IMG/VR virus record: IMGVR_UViG_2896384573_000007
Coordinates: 4,318-68,317 of that record
Direction: 5' to 3' (one strand)
DNA: 64,000 nucleotides
From: a virus
Lineage: Duplodnaviria > Caudoviricetes
Positions 1 to 10,038 of the stretch are shown one piece after another; positions within the stretch are counted from its first letter, which is position 1, and each line of letters opens with the position of its first letter. Made by a program: the position numbers and the translations under genes. The notes below the pieces were generated by a model, which had not been told where the DNA came from, did not search any database, and saw only the letters and a program-made list of their open reading frames with translations.

Positions 1-2959
1 ACGCGACGTCCGCACCCTGATCGACCTTGGCCGAAACGTCGGCGAGGATGCAAAGCTCCTCGACGGCGACGTTCTGTCCTTCCGGCGCGGCAAGCTGTGC
101 CTGAAACTGGAAACCGCGCCCGTAATATTCCCCGGAGATGAACTGCCGCCAATCCGACCAGACGGCGGTGCCGGAGGCCGGATCGTTGTCGGTCTGACGC
201 ACCTGAATGGTTACTAGGCCGTCGCCGTCATCGATAGCCGAATCCCAGTTCTGCCAGTCGTCGACGAGGCCGGGGCGCTCGTCGATGAACACATCGCTCT
301 CGTAGTAGGGGAAGGCGAGCATGTCGACGGTGAGGATCACCGGGAACACGCCGCCCATGTCGATCTGGTTGGTGAAGCTATATTCGCCGAGGCCTGCGGT
401 CTCGTCGGTGATGATCAGCCATTGCTGCGGCGTCTTGATCTGGCAGTTGACCTTGCTGCCGGTCCAGTTCGGGCTTTCGCAGATGCGGATGAAGTTCTTG
501 TAATCGGTCGGCACCGTGGTCGTGATGACGGCGGCGTTGACCGAATAGATGCCGCTGATGTCCCGCGCCTTCAGAAGATAGGTGCCGGAGCGATAGGGCA
601 GCTCGGCGGTGGTGGCGGTGCCGGGGATCGAGGTCAGCACCTTGTTCGATGACGTCCAGGACACGCCGCTGGTGCGTGGCGAATAGCGCATCTCGAAGGA
701 GCCGCCGATGACGACGTCGAGGTCGGTGGCTGGTGCCCACTGGAACAGCGCCACCTTGTCGACGATCTGGATGCGCAGGTTTTTGGGATCCGCAGGCGGT
801 GCCGAGCGCCCGATCACCTCGTAGGTGATCTTCGAGGTCTTGCCGCGCCTGCCGAGCACGTTGATCGGCGTCACCCAGATCTCGTATGTGCCCTCGGTCG
901 CCTCGACGTCGTGTGCTGTCTGGTCGACACGCGCCCGGATCCAGTTGCCGTTCAGCGGACGCCAGGCGACGTCGAAGGAGGGGGCCTTGCTCGTCCAGGA
1001 TATCAGCATGCGGACGCCGACCGAGATCGCCGACAGCGCGATCAGGTAATCCTTGGCATTCAGGCCGGTGATACCTGGAATGCCGCGGATGTTGGAAATG
1101 TCCGGCTTCGACAGCGGGATATTCTTCTCGACGTAATCCCATTTGTCGGTGAAGTGCCTGACCGCGTTCATCTCGTAACGGCCCGGTTCGCTCTCGCGCG
1201 CATCGACGATGCGCCAGAGCGTCGGCTCCAGATCGCTGGACGCGAGGATCCAGATCGAATCTGGCAGCGGGGCTGCCGAGAACGCAGGCGCGACGGTGAT
1301 GACCGAGGTGGTCGAGGCGGCGGTCGAGACCTGCCGCGTTTCGATCACGCCGTCGCCGACGACGCATGAGGCGAAATAGGTGCGGCCACTGGCGAGCGTT
1401 ACCGGGGCGTCGAGCGTCAGCTGCGTCGTGGTTGCCGCCTTCAGGCGTCCGCCGCGGCGCTCGCCGCCGACGTTGACATCGGCCACCCGCGCCTTGTCGC
1501 CGGGGCGCGCCCATGCCGCATCGAGGCCAGCCACGAATTCGACGGTCTCGCCCTCGTAGGTGTCGGAATAGATCAGCCAGCGCCCGGAGCGCACCGCCTG
1601 TCCCTCGGACGTGCAGCCGACGGCGATCAGGTCGGTCTTCTGGATGCCGAATTTCGAGATCGCCTGGACGTCCTCGACCATCGTAATGCGCGGCTCGCCG
1701 AGATTGGCCGGGTCGTTCCACCTGACCGCCACCATGTTGTGGCGCGAGCGGATGTCAGCGCCGTGGTAGGTGAAGGCACCGTCGATGACGTTGGCATTGG
1801 TGTAGTCGAACACCGGGTCGGCTGGCATGTCAGCCACCGCCACCATCTGCCCGCCCGCCCAGAAGGCCCAGCCGCGAAAGATCGAGGCGATCGACGACAA
1901 GAGGTCGTAGGCCTCCTGCTGGGTCGCGATCACCGCGTTGCAGGTAAAGCGCGGCTCCTGCCCGCCTGAGCCGTTCGGCACCTGCTGGTCGCACCATTGC
2001 GCGATCTTGTAGAGCGTCCATTTGTCGACGTCGGCAGGCTGGACGAACTGGCCGAGGCCATAGCGGTCGTTGACGACGATGTCGTAAAACACCCATGCCG
2101 GATTGTCCGTCCAGGCGAGCTTGAAGGTGCCGTCCCAGACGCCGGTATAGGCGCGGGTCTCGGGATCGTAATTCGAGGGCACCTGAATGATGAGCCCCTT
2201 GATGTCGTAGGTGCGCCTCGGGATCCGGTCGAACTGCTCGGCGTCGATGGTGACGCCGATCACCGACGAGAGCGTGTAGTTCACCCGGTCGTCGATGATC
2301 TCGGTGTAGGAGGACCAATAGAGATCGTTCTGGACGTTGTTGGTCGTCGAGTCGGCGGTGACGCGCTCGACGCGGATGTCCCATGGCGGATCGCCGACCA
2401 GCGGAAAGGTGAGCGAGCGCTGATATTCGGTGTTGGTCTTGCCGGAGATGGTGTTCTCGGTCACCAGCGCATAGCCGCCGCCGTTCGATTGCAGGTAGAT
2501 GCGCCAGACGAGCGAGGTGCCCTTGATGTCGCCGGTCGACATGCTTTGCACCTGCAGCGACGGCACCGAAACGGTGACCCGGCAGCGGTCGACGTCGGAG
2601 TCGGTGATCGTCCGGGTGATCGGCGAATCCTTTTTGACCTGCAGCGATACCTGCGTCTCGGACTGCTGCGCGGCGAAGCCGGTCAAGAGCGGCTGGTCGG
2701 GCCAGCCTGCATTGCCAGCGATGGACCAGTTCTCGAAGTTCGGCGTGCCGTCGTCGGAGAGCACCGGGACGCCGTCGAAGTAGACCGACTTGGCCCCATC
2801 GACCGGGCCGACAATCGGTCCTTCTGAGAGCAGGTCGACGAGGCGGGCGATCTGCTTCGAGTGCAGCGAGTTCGGCGCTTCCGAGCCGCCGCCGGAGCCG
2901 CGACCGCGTTTGCCGCCGCCACCCTGTCCGCCGATGAATGGAATGACCGTGGCGTCCAT
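1..2959 (-). CDS. Tail tip / host specificity protein (lambda gpJ-like), 3' end runs off the window
   Basis: Translated by hand from ATG 2959 (TGATG overlap with the upstream gene): MDATVIPFIGGQGGGGK...LHSKQIARLVDLLSEGPIVG; the same frame reads ...WSDWRQFISGEYYGRGFQF at the left edge; missing from the ORF track because it has no stop in the window; follows M-L-K-I. Confidence 0.9.
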   Translation of the reverse strand, partial: MDATVIPFIGGQGGGGKRGRGSGGGSEAPNSLHSKQIARLVDLLSEGPIVGPVDGAKSVYFDGVPVLSDDGTPNFENWSIAGNAGWPDQPLLTGFAAQQSETQVSLQVKKDSPITRTITDSDVDRCRVTVSVPSLQVQSMSTGDIKGTSLVWRIYLQSNGGGYALVTENTISGKTNTEYQRSLTFPLVGDPPWDIRVERVTADSTTNNVQNDLYWSSYTEIIDDRVNYTLSSVIGVTIDAEQFDRIPRRTYDIKGLIIQVPSNYDPETRAYTGVWDGTFKLAWTDNPAWVFYDIVVNDRYGLGQFVQPADVDKWTLYKIAQWCDQQVPNGSGGQEPRFTCNAVIATQQEAYDLLSSIASIFRGWAFWAGGQMVAVADMPADPVFDYTNANVIDGAFTYHGADIRSRHNMVAVRWNDPANLGEPRITMVEDVQAISKFGIQKTDLIAVGCTSEGQAVRSGRWLIYSDTYEGETVEFVAGLDAAWARPGDKARVADVNVGGERRGGRLKAATTTQLTLDAPVTLASGRTYFASCVVGDGVIETRQVSTAASTTSVITVAPAFSAAPLPDSIWILASSDLEPTLWRIVDARESEPGRYEMNAVRHFTDKWDYVEKNIPLSKPDISNIRGIPGITGLNAKDYLIALSAISVGVRMLISWTSKAPSFDVAWRPLNGNWIRARVDQTAHDVEATEGTYEIWVTPINVLGRRGKTSKITYEVIGRSAPPADPKNLRIQIVDKVALFQWAPATDLDVVIGGSFEMRYSPRTSGVSWTSSNKVLTSIPGTATTAELPYRSGTYLLKARDISGIYSVNAAVITTTVPTDYKNFIRICESPNWTGSKVNCQIKTPQQWLIITDETAGLGEYSFTNQIDMGGVFPVILTVDMLAFPYYESDVFIDERPGLVDDWQNWDSAIDDGDGLVTIQVRQTDNDPASGTAVWSDWRQFISGEYYGRGFQFQAQLAAPEGQNVAVEELCILADVSAKVDQGADVA

Positions 2960-3687
2960 CAGGCGTTCTCCGGGATCCATTTCGGCGAACGGCCTGACGG
3001 GATTTTCTCAGGCTGGGGCTCTGGCGGCGTCTGGCGCATCGCCTCGCGCACCACGGCAGGATCGTCGAGCGCCATTTCATGCAGGCTCGCCGGTTGCGCC
3101 ACCTTGTTCCAGACCCAGCTGTTGCCGCTGTCCGTGCCGGTGCCCTCCGCCACTTCGAGGCCAGCCGAGACGACCACCGAGCCGACGAAGCAGCGTCCAT
3201 AAACGAGCGGCACCGGCACGCCCTGCTCGGTGACGTTCTCCGGGCCGGTGAAGATGTAGTTCTCGTTTTTCGCCGACTCACGCGCGGTGTCCTGCTTCGG
3301 CTTCGGCGACAGCAACATCGACACACCGAGCAGCAGACCGACGGAAATGACGCCAGCCAGGACCGTCGCCGCCGTGCCGGTGATGCCGACCCAGCCCAGC
3401 GCCGCGACGATGGGTGCGAAGGCGCGGCCCTCGATCACCGGGCAGAAGTCGATCTCCCTGCCGATGGGCGCGTTGGCGACGTCGGGGCAGCTGTCCTCCT
3501 CGCGCCAGTCGCCATCGACGAACAGCGCATAGTGGCTGATCTTCAGGAAGTCGCGGCGGAAACCCGGATAGTTGACGTCGAGCGCATTGATCGCCTCGCG
3601 CGGCGTCGAGATCGCGAACGCATGCTCGCCGCCGTATTTCTCGGCGAGCGCGCCATGCAAGCGGATGGTGACGAGATCATCGCGCAT
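2959..3687 (-). CDS. Tail assembly protein (lambda gpI-like)
   Basis: IRLHGALAEKYG start and EQGVPVPLVYG motif; lies between K and J. Confidence 0.9.
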   Translation of the reverse strand: MRDDLVTIRLHGALAEKYGGEHAFAISTPREAINALDVNYPGFRRDFLKISHYALFVDGDWREEDSCPDVANAPIGREIDFCPVIEGRAFAPIVAALGWVGITGTAATVLAGVISVGLLLGVSMLLSPKPKQDTARESAKNENYIFTGPENVTEQGVPVPLVYGRCFVGSVVVSAGLEVAEGTGTDSGNSWVWNKVAQPASLHEMALDDPAVVREAMRQTPPEPQPEKIPSGRSPKWIPENA

Positions 3688-4444
3688 GGGGCGGGTCTCC
3701 CCACGGCTGATAATCCGGCGGCAGCGCGGGCGGATGGTCGATCAGCGTCTGGTGGCGCAGGTGCAGCACGGTGGCGAGCTGGTGGAGCCCACCATAGACC
3801 TCGCGCACCGAAAGCCGTCCGAGCATCTGGTGCAGGATCAGGTCGGGATGCAGGAACAGGCCGAGATGGTTGACCACCTCGCTCGGCCAGATCTGCATGC
3901 CGATGACGTCGCAATGCTGCCAGCGGTCGGTGACCTCGACGAAACCGGCCTTCTTGAACTGGCGGGTGATGATGTCCTGTCCGCGTTCCCACCACAGCCA
4001 TTGCCGGTCGAAGTCGGGGATGTCGATCCCGGCATAGTCCTTGATGCCGTCGCGGATGAGCCCGAAGCAGTCGTGCGTGCCCCATGCCCATTTCCTGCCG
4101 ACGAGCGGTGCGCGCCAGCCCGAGGGCTCGATGACGCCATAGGTGCCGAGCGGCCACGAGACGATCAGCCAAGGTTTGCGCGTCGCCTCGCACATGGCGC
4201 GGTCGGCGTCCGACGGAAGCGGCGGGCCGTAGACGTGGCTGTGGACGATGGCCTCGACGCCCGCCTTCTTCTCGATCTTGAGATAGGCCTTCATGTCCAT
4301 CACGAAGGTGTCGAACTGCGTCGCGCCGTTATCGATGGGGATGAATTCGCCGCCGGAGACGACGCCGCAGGACTCGAGCGGCTGGCAGGCCTCGGCGTGC
4401 TTCAGCGCCGCCTTGATGATCGTGTCTGCCGCCGCCCAGGCCAT
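3677..4444 (-). CDS. Tail assembly protein K (JAB/MPN + NlpC/P60)
   Basis: ESCG and IVHSH...PSDAD JAB motif; DCFGL and NHLGL NlpC/P60 motifs. Confidence 0.92.
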   Translation of the reverse strand: MAWAAADTIIKAALKHAEACQPLESCGVVSGGEFIPIDNGATQFDTFVMDMKAYLKIEKKAGVEAIVHSHVYGPPLPSDADRAMCEATRKPWLIVSWPLGTYGVIEPSGWRAPLVGRKWAWGTHDCFGLIRDGIKDYAGIDIPDFDRQWLWWERGQDIITRQFKKAGFVEVTDRWQHCDVIGMQIWPSEVVNHLGLFLHPDLILHQMLGRLSVREVYGGLHQLATVLHLRHQTLIDHPPALPPDYQPWGDPPHAR

Positions 4445-4447
4445 GGC

Positions 4448-5149
4448 TCATGTCCTCATCAGCAGCGACGCCGGGAAGGCCGAGGTTCTGAGCACGCCCT
4501 TCGCGCCGAAGCGGGCGCGGCAGGCGTCGAGCGTCTTGCGGCACTGGTCCTTGGCGGGATCGGTGGTGGGATTGCCGTAGACGTCCTCGACCGGCGGCCC
4601 CGCATAGGAGCACTCGGCGGAGCGGTAGGCCCACTGGCAGATGTCGGCGAGGACCTGCCTGCGCGGCAGCAGCACGCCATCGACGTCGAAGCGCACCGCC
4701 AGTTCGATCTCGACGAAGATCGGGTTTTCGGAGAGCTTCTTGGCGACATAGAAAATCTCGTCGGGGAAACCGGCGTTGGGGTTGGCATAGGGATTGCCGC
4801 CGGGAAAGTTCACGGCATCGAGGTATTTGCCGAACACTCGCTTGCGCGTGACCTTGGCATTCAGCGCGTCCGACATCGAGCGGAGATAGGCACCGAGCAC
4901 GCCGCCGGTATTGGCGGCTCTGACCGTCGGGCGCGGCAGCTTGCCCGCCGCCGACACTTCGAGGCCCTCGATCTCAATCGGAAACGGCTCGTAGGTGACG
5001 CCCTGCCAGGTGATCGGATTGCCGGTTTCGGTGGTGCCGGGATGCCAGCGAAACACCGTGGTGCCGCCAATCGGGCGGTCGTCCCAGACGAACATCTCGA
5101 CCATTTCGAGAGGGGCCAGCTGCTGGACGTCGTCGCGCGAGACCGTCAT
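4448..5149 (-). CDS. Minor tail protein L
   Basis: ITWQGVTYEPFPIEIEG, LPRPT and C-terminal Cys pattern CQWAYRSAEC...C.K...AC. Confidence 0.92.
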   Translation of the reverse strand: MTVSRDDVQQLAPLEMVEMFVWDDRPIGGTTVFRWHPGTTETGNPITWQGVTYEPFPIEIEGLEVSAAGKLPRPTVRAANTGGVLGAYLRSMSDALNAKVTRKRVFGKYLDAVNFPGGNPYANPNAGFPDEIFYVAKKLSENPIFVEIELAVRFDVDGVLLPRRQVLADICQWAYRSAECSYAGPPVEDVYGNPTTDPAKDQCRKTLDACRARFGAKGVLRTSAFPASLLMRT

Positions 5150-5532
5150 GCCGTCACTCCGTAGGCCAGAGTGAATTCCACCGACAGCGTGCCGCGCAGC
5201 TCGGTTCTAAGCCCGTTCACGCCGAAGCGCGCCCGCTGCCAATCGACCGTCCAGTCGTCGCACCAGACCTGATAGGCGACGCCGGTCGCCTGATCCCTGA
5301 ACGGAAAGGCGTTGCCGCGCTGTGCTTCGAGGTAGGCGGTCATGGCGTTGATGACCGTCGAGGTCTTCATCTCGAAGCGTAGGCTGAAGCGCCGCTCGAT
5401 GCTGTTGATGCCGTCGAGAATGCGCTGGGCATAGCCGTCGCCGAACTGTGCGGTCCTCAGACGTCTCGACGTCATCGACTGCGCCGGGAGCGCCGCGCAC
5501 CATTCCTTGTCGGTCCCGTCGAACGCCATCAC
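5146..5532 (-). CDS. Minor tail protein M
   Basis: AQFGDGYAQR..DGIN motif; directly after tape measure. Confidence 0.88.
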   Translation of the reverse strand: MMAFDGTDKEWCAALPAQSMTSRRLRTAQFGDGYAQRILDGINSIERRFSLRFEMKTSTVINAMTAYLEAQRGNAFPFRDQATGVAYQVWCDDWTVDWQRARFGVNGLRTELRGTLSVEFTLAYGVTA

Positions 5533-7721
5533 GCCACCTGCCTCAAGATGCCGCCGGGTTTCGATTCCTTGATGAGGATCGCCTGGACGGCCTTTTCGAT
5601 CTGCTGGCCGAGCCGCTTGCCGTCCTCGGTGGTCGCCGCCACCTGTCCGGTCGCCATGTCGATCCTGATGTCGCCGACCTGATTGTTGATCGTGGTGGAG
5701 CCGCCGATCTGCGCCTGCTGCTGTCCGGCGATGTTGGCGAGGCCGGAGACCTCGGCAGCCGACGGCGCTCTGATCATCCCCGAGGATGGTGTGTCGGCGT
5801 TTGCATTGAGGCCTGCAGGCGCGGTCGCGTTAAAGGCGCCGGGGAAGAGCCCGCCGAACAGCGGCTTCAGCACGTATTGCTGCAGCACGAGCTTGGCCAG
5901 ATCCTTGAGGATGTCGGCCAGCACGTCGCGGAAGTCCTCGCCCGCCATGGCGGCGTCCAAGAAACCCATGGCGGCGCTCTCGGCCCACGAGGCGAACGCG
6001 CTGTCCATTTCTTGCGCGGTCTGGTCCATCTCCGACAGATTGTCGTTCGCCGCTTCGGCGGTGGACGCCAGCTTGTCGGTGCCAACCGATGCCTTTTCCA
6101 TCGAGGTCTTGATCGTCTGTCCGGCCCGCTCGGTGGTCGCCGCCGCCTTCTCGACCTCCTTGGAGTATTCCTTCCAGCGGAACAGCACGGCGTCCATGGT
6201 GGCGACGAGACCGCCGCGCGTGCCGTTGTCGTTCGCCGCCCTCGGCGCGGCGCGACCGGCAAACGGCGAGTAGGGCGAGGTGGCAAGCGCACCCGCTGAT
6301 CGCATGAACGCGCCGCCGCCCGAGAACGGCACCGGCACCGACTGGCGCTGCTGTCCTGGAACCATGCCGCCTATCGCCTCGCCAGCCGACGCGGCGCGCA
6401 TGCGCTGCATCGCCTGATCGAACCAGTCGACGAAGGACTGGATCGCCGACTTCACCTTCTCGATGCCGGTTTTGATCGCCCCCAGCGCGGCGTTCCAGAC
6501 GGCGTTCCATCCGGCGATGGCTGCGGCGACGAGCTGATCGAACATCGCCTTGAAGGCAGCGACGGTCTCGGCAGCCGCGTCAGAGATGATCTTCGGCAGG
6601 TTGCGAACGATCTCGGCGACCTTGTTGATGTGCTGCGCCAGCGTGTTGACCATGGCAGGGAGCGCGGCTGTCGCCTGTTCGAAGGCGGTGCCGAGGCCGG
6701 TCAATTGAAGCCATGCGTCGTAGAGATTGCCCGCCGCCGTCGTGAGATTGCCCCACGCGGTGGCCATGGCCGAGTTCCACTTGTCGCTTTCTTCCGCCGC
6801 CCGTTTGTATTTCTCGATGGCGACGGCGAGGTCGTTGACGTTGATCGCCGCGCCTTCGAGCGCCTGATCGATCGCCGCCAGCGTCGCCATGTCCGCGCCT
6901 TCGAACAGCTTCTGCAGGAGCTGCTGCTGCTGCAACGGTTCAAGCAGCTTGTAGCTCTCCTGAATCGATGCCAGCAGCCGCGCCATCGACTCGGCCTTGG
7001 TCGGATCCAGCTGCGAAAGGTCACCGCCCAACAGCCGGATCGCCTCGGCCAGCTGCGCCGCATCCTCGCCGCCCGCCTTCAGCTTTTCCTGCAGCGGCCC
7101 GATGGCCGCAGCCATGTCGCTTGCCGCCTCTGCCGACAGACCGAGCGCCTCGCCGAGACCCTCGTAGGCTCTGAGCTGGCTCACCTCCAGACCAGCGGCA
7201 AATGCGCTGCGCATCGTCTCCGCCGCCGCTTCCGCCGCGCCGGTCACCTTGTCGAGGATCTTGCGGAACTGCTGGTAGATCGTCAGGCCGAGCGCCACGA
7301 TGGCTCCGACGGCGGTGAGCGACAGGCCGGTAATGAGCGCCGTTCCGATCATCCGGCCGGCGGAAAGCGCGATGCGCCCGAGACCGGCGAAGGCGCGCGT
7401 GAAACCGGCGGCGAGCGTCCTGCCAACGTTGGCCATGGTGCGCCCGAGCCGCTGCATGCGCGTCTCGATGATGGCGGTCGATTTCGAAGCGGTGAGCGTG
7501 GCGTCGCCGATGGCCTCGATGCCCTTCGCATCGGCAGGCGTCGGCAGCTTGTCCTTGACCGAGGCGAGACTGTCGCCCCAGAGCGAGGCCTGCTTCGCCG
7601 CGACATCGCTACTCTCGGCAGAGGCCTTGCCCAGCGCCTCGATGTCCTTTTCGAGATCCTTGATCCCCTTTTGCGCGTCGGCGGTGTCGGCTTCGACGTT
7701 GATTTCAAGCTTGTTGGCCAT
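5529..7721 (-). CDS. Tape measure protein (730 aa)
   Basis: Long Ala-rich helical protein, N-terminal LEINVEADT, located between chaperone genes and gene M. Confidence 0.8.
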   Translation of the reverse strand: MANKLEINVEADTADAQKGIKDLEKDIEALGKASAESSDVAAKQASLWGDSLASVKDKLPTPADAKGIEAIGDATLTASKSTAIIETRMQRLGRTMANVGRTLAAGFTRAFAGLGRIALSAGRMIGTALITGLSLTAVGAIVALGLTIYQQFRKILDKVTGAAEAAAETMRSAFAAGLEVSQLRAYEGLGEALGLSAEAASDMAAAIGPLQEKLKAGGEDAAQLAEAIRLLGGDLSQLDPTKAESMARLLASIQESYKLLEPLQQQQLLQKLFEGADMATLAAIDQALEGAAINVNDLAVAIEKYKRAAEESDKWNSAMATAWGNLTTAAGNLYDAWLQLTGLGTAFEQATAALPAMVNTLAQHINKVAEIVRNLPKIISDAAAETVAAFKAMFDQLVAAAIAGWNAVWNAALGAIKTGIEKVKSAIQSFVDWFDQAMQRMRAASAGEAIGGMVPGQQRQSVPVPFSGGGAFMRSAGALATSPYSPFAGRAAPRAANDNGTRGGLVATMDAVLFRWKEYSKEVEKAAATTERAGQTIKTSMEKASVGTDKLASTAEAANDNLSEMDQTAQEMDSAFASWAESAAMGFLDAAMAGEDFRDVLADILKDLAKLVLQQYVLKPLFGGLFPGAFNATAPAGLNANADTPSSGMIRAPSAAEVSGLANIAGQQQAQIGGSTTINNQVGDIRIDMATGQVAATTEDGKRLGQQIEKAVQAILIKESKPGGILRQVA

Positions 7722-7730
7722 CGTCCGCCC

Positions 7731-8177
7731 TCAATGCAGCATGCGGCCCACGGCCTCGGAGAGCCGCTTCTGCGCCGCTGCCAATGCCTGTGCGCGCTTC
7801 TCCGGCAACGCCCGCAGGAAGAACGGGACCGGCGACATGAAGCGCGAGCCGAACTCGAGGATGCGGGCGTACCAGGCACCACCGGCATTCTTCGGATTGA
7901 AGGCGATCTTGGCGCTGGTGATGGTGCCCTTGTTGGCTTCGACGAACGCGTAGATGCCCTGCGGGATCAGACCCTTGCGGACATAGACCCTGCCGGACGG
8001 CATCCGGTGCGGCCCCTTGGCCGAGTAGCCGACCTCGATGGCGTTCTGGATCGCGTCGTCGCGGATGACGTTGGCGGCTTCGGCCACCACGCCGCGCATC
8101 TCCTTCTCGGCGAGATATTTGGTATCGCGCTCGAGCGCCGCGACGATTTCGTCGGAGTTGACCTTGATCTTCAGCAT
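7731..8177 (-). CDS. HK97 gp10-like neck/tail protein
   Basis: WYARILEFGSRFMSPVPFFLRAL motif. Confidence 0.8.
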   Translation of the reverse strand: MLKIKVNSDEIVAALERDTKYLAEKEMRGVVAEAANVIRDDAIQNAIEVGYSAKGPHRMPSGRVYVRKGLIPQGIYAFVEANKGTITSAKIAFNPKNAGGAWYARILEFGSRFMSPVPFFLRALPEKRAQALAAAQKRLSEAVGRMLH

Positions 8178-8413
8178 CAGTGCCTCGTTGCGATTTTCGC
8201 CCCGAATATGGCGGCGATGTCCTGATCGCTGGCGGTGGCGAGATCGACTTCCTCGCCGGACGCCTGAATGCTCTTGCGCCTCGACGCCCTGCGCTCGTCC
8301 TCGGCGACCGCTTCGAAGTAGGCGCTCCAGCCCCTAAGCTCGTGCCATGTCATGCTCGCCGTCAGCTGCTCGACCGTCATGCCGAGCTTCAGCGCCAGGC
8401 CGAACACCGCCAT
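8177..8413 (-). CDS. Tail assembly chaperone, downstream (gpT-like) frame
   Basis: LALKLGMTVEQL...MTWHELRGWSAY pattern; frame is open upstream back into the A9 run. Confidence 0.65.
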   Translation of the reverse strand: MAVFGLALKLGMTVEQLTASMTWHELRGWSAYFEAVAEDERRASRRKSIQASGEEVDLATASDQDIAAIFGAKIATRH

Positions 8414-8783
8414 TGTCAGCGGCGACGGCCTTTCCTTTTTTTTTCGCCTTGGGCTGGTCTCCGTCCTCGTCGATGCCGAGCAGCCGGTTCATGGCAGGCT
8501 GGCATTGCGTCGCCAGCGCGAAGCAGACCGACGAGCCGAGTGCCTGGAGCTTCTCCCATTTGACCCGCTCGCCATCGATCCAGAGGAAGGCGGCGAGCAT
8601 CCTGAGCCCGTATTCCTGCGCGGTGATCGTGCCTTTCTCCTGCGCCAGATTGAGCTGCATGGTGTCCATGAGCGGCGGATCGCGCAGTTCGACGTCGAAG
8701 GTGATCGGCTCGCCTTCGGTCGGTTCGATCCTGATCGGCACGACCACCGAGCGCCGCGCCATGAGCCTGTCGAGCGTTCCCAT
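8334..8783 (-). CDS. Tail assembly chaperone (gpG-like)
   Basis: Directly after the tail tube gene, overlaps the gpT-like frame, contains the A9 run. Confidence 0.6.
   Translation of the reverse strand: MGTLDRLMARRSVVVPIRIEPTEGEPITFDVELRDPPLMDTMQLNLAQEKGTITAQEYGLRMLAAFLWIDGERVKWEKLQALGSSVCFALATQCQPAMNRLLGIDEDGDQPKAKKKGKAVAADNGGVRPGAEARHDGRAADGEHDMARA
8436..8444 (-). other. A9 homopolymer, putative programmed frameshift site
   Basis: Minus strand GCG AAA AAA AAA GGA at the G/T overlap. Confidence 0.6.
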
Positions 8784-8793
8784 GGCGAGCCTC

Positions 8794-9453
8794 TCAGCTG
8801 ACGATGAACAGCGGCACTTCGTTGACCACGGCTTCGCCCGAGAACGAGACCGCCTCGTTGGTCTCCATCGTCAGCGTGTAGCCGGAGATGGTGACCGGCA
8901 TGATGATCTCGCCGCGGTCGCCGGGAAGCACGATCTCCATCACCCGGCGCTGGCCGTCGAACACGGCGCTGCGCCATTCGGTCTGGGCGGCGACGTCGAG
9001 GTCGGTGAAGCCCTCGATGGAGATGTTGCCCGGTTGCGGCGTGCCAGCGAGCGACTCCGAGCCGCAGAAGGTGGTGACATCGATGGCGTCTGCCGCCTCG
9101 ACCTCCCATTCCCATGACGACAGGCAGAAGCGCAGAAGGTCGTCTGCCGAGATCGGCGTCGCCTTGCCGGTGGTGACCGTCGTCGTGTTGCCGGAAAGGT
9201 CAGAGCCGTCGAGCGTGAAGGTGTCGGCGGGCGTGCCGACCGACGAGATCGGGAAGGTCTTGCCGTCGAGCCCCGAGGAGGAGCCGGAGATGGTGACCAG
9301 CTGGCCCTCGGTGAAGTTGGTAATGTCGGCAGAGGCGACGGTGACGACCGCAGGCTTGGCATTGGTGATGTTGGTCACCGAGTAGCCGGTGGGGGCGGGG
9401 GTCGCGTATTTCTGCAGGTAGACCTCGGTTCCCTGTGCGGTGAATTTGGTCAT
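8794..9453 (-). CDS. Major tail tube protein
   Basis: MTKFTAQGTEVYL start, IDVTTFC motif, position upstream of chaperones. Confidence 0.8.
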   Translation of the reverse strand: MTKFTAQGTEVYLQKYATPAPTGYSVTNITNAKPAVVTVASADITNFTEGQLVTISGSSSGLDGKTFPISSVGTPADTFTLDGSDLSGNTTTVTTGKATPISADDLLRFCLSSWEWEVEAADAIDVTTFCGSESLAGTPQPGNISIEGFTDLDVAAQTEWRSAVFDGQRRVMEIVLPGDRGEIIMPVTISGYTLTMETNEAVSFSGEAVVNEVPLFIVS

Positions 9454-10038
9454 GGGGCGGTCCCTTTCGTGAAAGGAGGAGCGCCCAAAAAAATATTCCT
9501 ATGCCGGATGCGAATTTGACTGTGAAAAATTTACGGTTTCAAGGGGGGACGCTTGATCTAAGGCAAATCGGTATTCAGTGCGACCATCTTTGGTCGTTGA
9601 CACGACTGGTCACCACGCGGGCCAGCCGTACCGCCACAATCACTACGTCTCGGAATGATCTCAGAAGTGCCGCTTGTCGACTCCGACCGGGATTTCCGGT
9701 GCCGACCCCTTGCGGCCGTAGGGGACGAGGACCGGGAATGGCTCGATTGAGCCCGGTCCAGTCATGCCCGCCACGCTTCGCAAACGACCGCTGTGCATTT
9801 GCGTCCATAGCGGTCATCGCACCAATGCCGTCGGCGGCTCGACCAACCGGTCTGACGCTTGAACCCGCGCACCGCCAGCGCGAGTTCGGCAGGACGCGCA
9901 AGGCGCGCTACCAAGCGCAAATCTCCGTACGACCAAGGACGCATATCCGCAATATGCTCGACGATTAGCATTCCTTGTGATCCCAATAAGCCAATGAGCG
10001 ATGGACGACGGGGTTCCGTCTGCATCGACTGCATTGGA

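Noticed and set aside
378-3326. Long ORF-track entries 378-1721 and 1830-3326 (minus)
   Set aside because: Arg/Pro-rich off-frame shadows of gene J, whose true frame starts at 2959 and has no stop in the window
9463-9476. CCTTT-CACG-AAAGG hairpin over the tail-tube RBS
   Set aside because: A 5-bp stem is too weak to distinguish from chance
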